Shown: positions 1 through 4,924 of the stretch, piece by piece
How the letters are laid out: the number at the start of each line of letters is the position of its first letter
Numbering within the stretch: the stretch's first letter is position 1
IMG/VR virus record: IMGVR_UViG_2713896900_000006
Length of the DNA stretch: 4,924 bases
Direction: 5' to 3' (one strand)
From: a virus
Lineage: Duplodnaviria; Heunggongvirae; Uroviricota; Caudoviricetes
The notes under the pieces: model-generated
Databases searched by the model: none
Told to the model about the DNA's origin: nothing
Seen by the model: the letters and a program-made list of their open reading frames with translations, nothing else
Program-made: the position numbers and the translations under genes

Positions 1-56
1 TTTTGTATCGGCTTACCTGCACCATCTTTCAGTACACCTGAAATCTTTACTGCCAT
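1..56 (-). CDS. stf: Side tail fiber protein Stf (lambda orf-401-like), N-terminal 18 codons only; CDS runs off the window start
   Basis: Minus-strand ATG at 56..54, then in-frame codons reading MAVKISGVLKDGAGKPIQ to the window edge (hand translation). This matches the lambda Stf N-terminus as I recall it (MAVKISGVLKDGTGKPVQN). It lies 64 bp downstream of the lom stop, the same position and spacing as in lambda. A weak Shine-Dalgarno-like GGGGTGAG lies just upstream. Confidence 0.6.
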   Translation of the reverse strand, partial: MAVKISGVLKDGAGKPIQ

Positions 57-65
57 ACTCACCCC

Positions 66-94
66 ACAAAAAAGCCCGCCTGAACCGGCGGGCT
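66..94 (-). terminator. Rho-independent terminator-like hairpin downstream of lom
   Basis: Plus-strand 73..80 (agcccgcc) is the exact reverse complement of 87..94 (ggcgggct), with a 6-nt loop at 81..86. On the minus-strand RNA the 8-bp GC-rich stem is followed by UUUUUGUGGGG (plus-strand A-run 68..72). It sits between the lom stop (121..123) and the stf start (56). Confidence 0.6.
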
Positions 95-120
95 GTCATA
101 ACACTGTGTTACCTGGCTAA

Positions 121-720
121 TCAGAATTTATAACCGACACCAACGATGAAACCATCAGTGCGCCAGTCACCACTGCCGGAGCCTTCATAAGCAATATCAA
201 TGGCCACGGATTCGGTCGGGTTAAACTGCACGCCAGCCCCCCACGCCAGAGACGTGTTGCTGTGGCGACCGTCATCACTTCCGGTCAGCACGTCGTGCGT
301 TTTTCCCTTGTTGTCAGTTACGCGGAGATAATCCCCGGAAAAAGTCGACACACGGCTGTAAGCCACACCCGCCATCGCATACGCGCTGAACCATTCATTC
401 ACGCGCACAGACGGCCCCGCCATCACGCTGAACCAGCGGTTACGCACGGAATCTTCATGCCAGCGGGTATCGCTGTAATGGGTCAGCTGGCGATTCTTGT
501 CTCCTGCATAGCTGAATGACGTCACCAGCCCCAGCGTGTCCGTAAACTCATAACGGTATTTCACGTTAATCCCGTTCAGATCATCGCTGCCGGGAACGTT
601 CGTCGAGGCATGAAGATACCCCGCGCTCAGTGTGGACTGATGTTCTGAGGCCCCTGCAGGCGCACCGGATACGGCCAGACAGATGGCTGCGGACAAAATT
701 GATACACAAACTTTACGCAT
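121..720 (-). CDS. lom: Lom-family outer membrane beta-barrel protein (Ail/Lom/OmpX/PagC family), 199 aa
   Basis: Complete ORF in the six-frame track. The N-terminus MRKVCVSILSAAICLAVSGAPAGA/SEHQ looks like a signal peptide with an AxA cleavage motif. The C-terminal segment AIDIAYEGSGSGDWRTDGFIVGVGYKF matches the lambda Lom C-terminus as I recall it and ends in a terminal aromatic Phe typical of outer membrane beta-barrels. The internal motif INVKYRYE is also shared with lambda Lom. It lies immediately downstream of J, as in lambda. A Shine-Dalgarno GAGAGG (plus-strand 726..731) sits 5 nt upstream of the ATG. Confidence 0.9.
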   Translation of the reverse strand: MRKVCVSILSAAICLAVSGAPAGASEHQSTLSAGYLHASTNVPGSDDLNGINVKYRYEFTDTLGLVTSFSYAGDKNRQLTHYSDTRWHEDSVRNRWFSVMAGPSVRVNEWFSAYAMAGVAYSRVSTFSGDYLRVTDNKGKTHDVLTGSDDGRHSNTSLAWGAGVQFNPTESVAIDIAYEGSGSGDWRTDGFIVGVGYKF

Positions 721-725
721 AATTA

Positions 726-731
726 CCTCTC
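726..731 (-). promoter_or_regulatory. Ribosome-binding site for lom
   Basis: The minus strand reads GAGAGG-TAATT-ATG, a Shine-Dalgarno-like motif 5 nt upstream of the lom start codon at 720..718. Confidence 0.55.
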
Positions 732-741
732 GCTTTTCTGC

Positions 742-769
742 AATAAAAAAGGCGCCATTTCTGGCGCCC
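742..769 (-). terminator. Rho-independent terminator-like hairpin between J and lom (tJ-like)
   Basis: Plus-strand 751..757 (ggcgcca) is the exact reverse complement of 762..768 (tggcgcc). The minus-strand RNA reads GGCGCCA-GAAA-UGGCGCC, a 7-bp stem with a GNRA-type GAAA tetraloop, followed by UUUUUUAUU. It begins 19 bp downstream of the J stop codon (788..790). Confidence 0.65.
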
Positions 770-787
770 GTATCTGGGTTATAAAAT

Positions 788-3700
788 TCAGCTAATCGTG
801 ATGCCTGCAGTGGCTTTCTTCATCACCACAACCAGCAAATCGCTGATACTGGCTGTGGGATACCAGTTATTCATCAGCCACGCTGATACCGAAAACTCCA
901 GCGTCATGTGGCCGCGACCAGCTGGCATATCAATAACGCCTGTATAAATCAGCGTACTATCCTGTGTGGTACGGTTATAAATCTCAGCACCGTTTTTCTT
1001 CACAATCAGGCGGCAGGACGAATAAATATCGTTATTCTCCCGCTCATGCTTAGCACCGCGAAACGCCACTGCGGGAATAACAATCTGCCGATCAAACGGC
1101 TGATCGTCATAGACTCTGACGGTAATGGTCCCTGATGGCCACTGCGCAGGTGCCCGGGAGTCCCGCGGGAAAGCTTTTCCTACTGTTTTAACAATATCGC
1201 CTTCAATCTGGTTGGCAGACAGCTTTCCCATAATCCGGCAATTCTGGTTAATCGTGACATTGTTGAGCGTCCCGGAGTTCGCATTCACGTTACCGCTGAT
1301 ATCAGCGTTTTTCGCCGTCAGCCGCCCGTCCGGTGTCAGGGAAAATGCCGGTGGATTTCCACCACTGGTAATGGTCGGGGCCGTCAGGCGCTTCAGGAAC
1401 ACGTCGTTCATAAATATCTGATTGCCCTGCGCCACAAACATCGGCGTTTCATTCCCGTTTGCCGGGTCAATAAACGCGATACGGTTAGCGGCAACCAGAA
1501 ACTGGCTCAGCTTGCCTTCTTCCGTGTCCTCCATGCTGAGGCCAATACCCGCGACATAATGTTTGCCGTCTTTGGTCTGCTCAATTTTGACGCCCCACAT
1601 GGCATTCCACTTATCGTTAGCATCCTGCCACTCTTTCGAAAACTCCTCCAGTTTGCTGGCGTTATCCTCCGTCAGCTCGACTTTTTCCAGCAGTTCCTTG
1701 CCGAGATGAGATTCGGTTATCTGGCCTTTAAAAAAATCCAGGTAACCTTTTGCATCATCGCTCGCCCGACCGACAGCCTCCACAAATGCCGATTTGCCAA
1801 CGGTGTTCACACTGCGGATATAAAAGTAGTAATCAGAACCCGGCTTAATATTGATACTGGCGGCTATCCAGTACATCCCCGTGCCAAGATAGCGCGCGCT
1901 GGTTTCAACCTGCCGGATATCGGCAATCCGCTTTTCCGAAAACCAGAACTCAAACTGTACCGTCGGGTCATAAACTGCAAGATGCGGCGTGGCGGTTATC
2001 TGAAAATAGCCCGGCGTCAGCTCAATCTGTGACGGCGCTGCCGGTGCGGCAATCCTGAACGATACCGACGCCGGGTCGCCCTGCTGTCCCCACGCATTTA
2101 CCGCCCGGACTGTCAGCCTGTAGTTCCCCAGCGCCAGTTGCCTGAAACGATATTCGGTTTCCGTCGTCCGGGCCGTGCTGACCAGCCGCTCACTGCCGTC
2201 ATCTGCTGCCACGGTCAGACGAAGCATAAAGCTCACCCCCTTCACCACCTTCGGCGTGTCCCAGCGCGCCAGCACCTGATATTCCCCGCTGTCTGCGGTG
2301 ACTTCGGCGGTCAGGTGCTGCACCGCTGGCGGCGTGACACCATTCACCGTGCCGCTCTGGTCGCCGTCAAAGTGCGCACCGTTATCCACGATAGCCTCTT
2401 TTTCAGGCACATGCTGCACGGCAGTGACAGCGTACGTGCCGTCGTCGTTCCCACGGATACTCACGCAGCGGAACAGGCGCTGGCGCAGCGTCGGCAGCTT
2501 CAGCCCCCACACGCTGTATCCGGCAACGCCGTCAGGAACCCGGCTCACTTTCACCTTCACGCCGTCGGTGACGGACTGGACCTCCACGCTGACCGGATTG
2601 CCACTTCCGTCAACCAGGCTTATCAGCGTGGTGCCGGAGGATGGCAGCGTGATTTCACGGTCGAGCGTCAGCGTCCGGGTCTGGCTGTTTACCGCCAGCA
2701 CGCGCCCGCCGGTGCTGATACCGGCATAGTCATCATCACAGATTTCAATGACATCGCCCGGCACATGGCGAAGCCCTTCTGCGCCCACGCTGAAGTCCAC
2801 GGTCTGCGTTTCCAGCAGTTCTGTTTTAATCAGCCACAGCCCGGCGCGGTGTGCCTGCCCCCGGCTGGTACAGCCAAAAGCATCCATCTTCGTGACGTTA
2901 CGACCGTAACGGGCAATGGCCTGCGTATCCTCCACAAGCTCTGTCGCCGTCTCCCAGCCGTTGTTCGGGTCAATCCAGTTCACCTCAACGGCATTATGGC
3001 GGTCTTTCAGGGCGCTAAAGCTGTAGCGGAACGGCGCGCCATCATCCGGCATCACCACATTACTGCGGTTATAGGTCCACACCTTATCCGACGGTCGGTC
3101 CTGCACGAACGTCAGCGTCTGCCCGTTCCATACCGGCATACAGCGCATCGCCGAGCAGAAATCACTGAGCACATCCCACGCCTTGCGCTGTGTGGTCAGG
3201 TAAGCGTTACAGGTGATGCGCGGCTCCGTGCCACCAAAGCCGTCCGGCACCGACTGGTCGCAATTCTGGCCGATGACATACAGCGCCCATTTGTCCACAT
3301 CCGCCGCACCGAGACGCTTCCCCATGCCGTAGCGCGGATGGGTCAGCATATCCCACAGACACCAGGCCATGTTGTTGCTGTATGCCGGTTTAAACGTCCC
3401 GTCCCAGATACCGCTGTATTGCCGCGTCTGCGGGTTATAGTTCGACGGCACCTGCAGAATGCGCCCGCGAAGATGATAATTACGGCTCACCTGCTGGCTG
3501 CTGAACTGTTCCGAGTCCACCTGCACGCCGACCAGTGCCGTGTTCGGGTAGCACTGTTTCACATCGATGATTTCGGTGTATGACGACCAGAGCGTTTTGT
3601 TCTGCAGCTGGTCTGTGGTGCTGTCCGGCGTCATCCTGCGCAGCCGGATGTTGAACGGGCGCGGCGGCAGGTTACCCACCACCACCGAGGCCAGATACTG

Positions 3701-4183
3701 CGAGGTGGTTTTGCCCTTAATGGTGATGTCTTTTTCCGTCACCCAGCCACCGTTACGTTGTATCTGAACCAGCAGGCGGACTTCCGACGGATTCCTGTAA
3801 CCCTTTGAGGTGGTTTCCACCAGTGCCTGCACACCGAAGGTAAAGCGCAGACGGTCGATGTTTGCAGACGTGATGGTCCGGGTGATCGGCGTGTCGTATT
3901 TCACTTCCGTACCCAGCACCGTCTCGGATCCGGAGGATTCAAATCCCTCCGGCGGTGTCTGTTCCTGCTCACCTGCCCGGAACACCACCGTGACACCAGA
4001 GATGTTGGTATTCCCCTCACTGTCCAGCACCGGTGTACTGTTCAGCAGCACACTTTTTAATCCATCCACCGGACCTTCAATCGGCCCTTCGCTGATGGCA
4101 TCGATCACACTCAGCAACTGCGTGGATTTCAGGTTGTCCTTCGCTTCGCGCGGGGTATGCCCCTTACTGCTGCCTTTACCCAT
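788..4183 (-). CDS. J: Tail tip / host specificity protein J (central tail fiber), 1131 aa
   Basis: Complete 3396-nt ORF. The N-terminus [54 protein letters not shown] and most of the first ~975 residues match lambda gpJ as I recall it, apart from scattered substitutions. The length is one residue short of lambda J (1132 aa). A GGAG Shine-Dalgarno motif (plus-strand 4192..4195) sits 8 nt upstream of the ATG. The C-terminal ~155 residues are diverged (see findings). Confidence 0.95.
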   Translation of the reverse strand: MGKGSSKGHTPREAKDNLKSTQLLSVIDAISEGPIEGPVDGLKSVLLNSTPVLDSEGNTNISGVTVVFRAGEQEQTPPEGFESSGSETVLGTEVKYDTPITRTITSANIDRLRFTFGVQALVETTSKGYRNPSEVRLLVQIQRNGGWVTEKDITIKGKTTSQYLASVVVGNLPPRPFNIRLRRMTPDSTTDQLQNKTLWSSYTEIIDVKQCYPNTALVGVQVDSEQFSSQQVSRNYHLRGRILQVPSNYNPQTRQYSGIWDGTFKPAYSNNMAWCLWDMLTHPRYGMGKRLGAADVDKWALYVIGQNCDQSVPDGFGGTEPRITCNAYLTTQRKAWDVLSDFCSAMRCMPVWNGQTLTFVQDRPSDKVWTYNRSNVVMPDDGAPFRYSFSALKDRHNAVEVNWIDPNNGWETATELVEDTQAIARYGRNVTKMDAFGCTSRGQAHRAGLWLIKTELLETQTVDFSVGAEGLRHVPGDVIEICDDDYAGISTGGRVLAVNSQTRTLTLDREITLPSSGTTLISLVDGSGNPVSVEVQSVTDGVKVKVSRVPDGVAGYSVWGLKLPTLRQRLFRCVSIRGNDDGTYAVTAVQHVPEKEAIVDNGAHFDGDQSGTVNGVTPPAVQHLTAEVTADSGEYQVLARWDTPKVVKGVSFMLRLTVAADDGSERLVSTARTTETEYRFRQLALGNYRLTVRAVNAWGQQGDPASVSFRIAAPAAPSQIELTPGYFQITATPHLAVYDPTVQFEFWFSEKRIADIRQVETSARYLGTGMYWIAASINIKPGSDYYFYIRSVNTVGKSAFVEAVGRASDDAKGYLDFFKGQITESHLGKELLEKVELTEDNASKLEEFSKEWQDANDKWNAMWGVKIEQTKDGKHYVAGIGLSMEDTEEGKLSQFLVAANRIAFIDPANGNETPMFVAQGNQIFMNDVFLKRLTAPTITSGGNPPAFSLTPDGRLTAKNADISGNVNANSGTLNNVTINQNCRIMGKLSANQIEGDIVKTVGKAFPRDSRAPAQWPSGTITVRVYDDQPFDRQIVIPAVAFRGAKHERENNDIYSSCRLIVKKNGAEIYNRTTQDSTLIYTGVIDMPAGRGHMTLEFSVSAWLMNNWYPTASISDLLVVVMKKATAGITIS

Positions 4184-4191
4184 TCGTCATG

Positions 4192-4195
4192 CTCC
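4192..4195 (-). promoter_or_regulatory. Ribosome-binding site for J
   Basis: The minus strand reads GGAG-CATGACGA-ATG, with GGAG 8 nt upstream of the J start codon at 4183..4181. Confidence 0.5.
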
Positions 4196-4197
4196 AT

Positions 4198-4225
4198 AAA
4201 CGACAAAACCGCCCGCAGGCGGTTT
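4198..4225 (-). other. Stem-loop with interrupted U-tract in the I-J spacer (possible attenuator or weak intrinsic terminator)
   Basis: Plus-strand 4206..4213 (aaaccgcc) is the exact reverse complement of 4218..4225 (ggcggttt), with a 4-nt loop. The minus-strand RNA reads AAACCGCC-UGCG-GGCGGUUU followed by UGUCGUUUAU. It lies entirely within the 60-bp spacer between the I stop (4244..4246) and the J start (4183). Confidence 0.35.
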
Positions 4226-4243
4226 CACATAAAACATTTTGCA

Positions 4244-4915
4244 TCAGCGACCAATCACCACAACCTGACCACCATCCCCTTCGTCTGCCGTGCTGATCTC
4301 CTGAGAAACCACCCGCGACCCCACACGCATTTCACCGTACAGAACAGGCAGAACATTACCCTGGGCAACCATGTTATCCAGTGAGGAGAAATAGGTGTTC
4401 TGCTTACCGTTATCCGTTGTCTGTGTGCGGGGAGTTCTGGCTTTCGGTGCCAGCATCTGAGCCACACCGCCGAGCACCATACTGGCACCGAGAGAAAACA
4501 GAATGCCGGTCATACCACCGGCACCAATGGCAGCCCCCCATGCTGCAAGGGTGGCTCCGGCGGTAAAGAATGATCCGGCAATGGCGGCTGCCCCCAGGAC
4601 AATCTGGAATACGCCACCTGACTTGGCCCCTGCGACTCTGGGAACAATATGAATCACAGCGCCATCAGGCAGAGTCTCATGTAACTGCGCCGTTAATCCG
4701 GACGTGCTGACATCCTGCCCGGCAATCCGTACCTGATACCAGCCGTCGCTCAGTTTCTGACGAAACGCCGGGAGCTGTGTGGCCAGCGCCCGGATGGCTT
4801 CAGCCCCCGTTTTCACACGAAGGTCGATGCGGCGGCCAAATCGTTGTAAATCCCCGTAAAGGCAGATGCGCGCCATGCCCGGTGACGCCAGAGGGAGTGT
4901 GTGCGTCGCTGCCAT
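4244..4915 (-). CDS. I: Tail assembly protein I, 223 aa
   Basis: Complete ORF. The protein begins MAATHTLPLASPGMARICLYGDLQRFGRRIDLRVKTGAEAIRALATQLP and is essentially identical over its full length to lambda gpI as I recall it, with the same 223-aa length. It contains the glycine/alanine-rich hydrophobic stretch GAAAIAGSFFTAGATLAAWGAAIGAGGMTG. It lies immediately upstream of J. Confidence 0.93.
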   Translation of the reverse strand: MAATHTLPLASPGMARICLYGDLQRFGRRIDLRVKTGAEAIRALATQLPAFRQKLSDGWYQVRIAGQDVSTSGLTAQLHETLPDGAVIHIVPRVAGAKSGGVFQIVLGAAAIAGSFFTAGATLAAWGAAIGAGGMTGILFSLGASMVLGGVAQMLAPKARTPRTQTTDNGKQNTYFSSLDNMVAQGNVLPVLYGEMRVGSRVVSQEISTADEGDGGQVVVIGR

Positions 4916-4924
4916 TTGTCGGTA
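4813..4924 (-). CDS. K: Tail assembly protein K, C-terminal fragment; CDS starts beyond the window end
   Basis: Hand translation of the minus strand from position 4923 gives an open frame TDKWQRRTHSLWRHRAWRASAFTGIYNDLAAASTFV ending at a TGA stop at 4815..4813. This frame is +1 relative to I and overlaps the I start by 103 nt, the same K/I overlap length I recall for lambda (K 14276..14875, I 14773..15444). I cannot confirm the residue identity of the K C-terminus from memory. Confidence 0.65.
   Translation of the reverse strand, partial: TDKWQRRTHSLWRHRAWRASAFTGIYNDLAAASTFV

Noticed and set aside
262-519. 85-aa plus-strand ORF antisense to lom
   Set aside because: It is fully contained in lom on the opposite strand, its translation is Arg/His-rich with no recognisable domain, and it has no ribosome-binding site. 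It is an antisense artefact.
778-806. Possible sigma70 promoter for lom: a TATAAC -10-like hexamer at 778..783 on the minus strand, just after the J stop
   Set aside because: The best -35 candidates at 16-18 bp spacing (AGGCAT, GGCATC) match the TTGACA consensus poorly. A transcript starting here would also run straight into the terminator hairpin at 742..769. I cannot support a promoter call from sequence alone.
2138-3583. 481-aa plus-strand ORF antisense to J, plus other plus-strand ORFs inside J (908..1135, 1125..1421, 1559..2032, 2298..2729, 3567..3767, 3810..4199)
   Set aside because: All lie entirely within, or mostly overlap, the strongly supported J coding sequence on the other strand. 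Their translations are Arg/His/Pro-rich low-complexity sequence typical of antisense frames of GC-rich genes, and none has a convincing ribosome-binding site. They are best explained as stop-codon-poor antisense frames.
4184-4243. 16-codon mini-ORF (MFYVKPPAGGFVVYGA) in the I-J spacer
   Set aside because: It has no Shine-Dalgarno motif, it spans the palindrome, and its stop overlaps the J ribosome-binding region. It is more likely a by-product of the hairpin sequence than a leader peptide.
4255-4488. 77-aa minus-strand ORF in an alternative frame inside I, and plus-strand ORFs 4157..4384 and 4381..4566
   Set aside because: They overlap the I coding sequence, whose product matches lambda gpI over its full length. 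Their translations are Cys/Trp/Arg-rich and not protein-like.
1-4924. Search for CRISPR repeats, tRNA or other RNA genes, insertion-sequence inverted repeats, integrase or att sites, and defence or toxin-antitoxin cassettes
   Set aside because: The window is almost entirely filled by five collinear minus-strand tail genes with short spacers. I saw no periodic direct repeats, tRNA-like cloverleaf candidates or transposase-like ORFs. Read by eye, the only intergenic structures are the three hairpins reported above.

Overview
The window is the tail-tip end of a lambda-like (lambdoid) phage or prophage late operon, with every gene on the minus strand. Reading in the direction of transcription (high to low coordinates): the 3' end of tail assembly gene K (partial), tail assembly gene I, the 1131-aa tail tip/host-specificity gene J, the outer-membrane-protein moron lom, and the first 18 codons of the side tail fiber gene stf. 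Gene order and spacing match what I recall of phage lambda. The I-J and J-lom spacers are 60 and 67 bp here; lom-stf is 64 bp and K overlaps I by 103 nt, both equal to the lambda values I remember. Three intergenic stem-loops with U-tracts on the transcribed strand look like intrinsic terminators or attenuators, and they bracket lom. The regions worth a second look are the last ~155 codons of J and the N-terminal two thirds of Lom. Both are clearly homologous to lambda but strongly diverged, and both sit in sequence that is AT-richer than the rest of J. I do not see a new defence system, CRISPR array, RNA gene or insertion sequence. The long plus-strand ORFs are antisense artefacts of the minus-strand genes. 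All homology statements come from hand translation and memory of lambda proteins, not from a database search.
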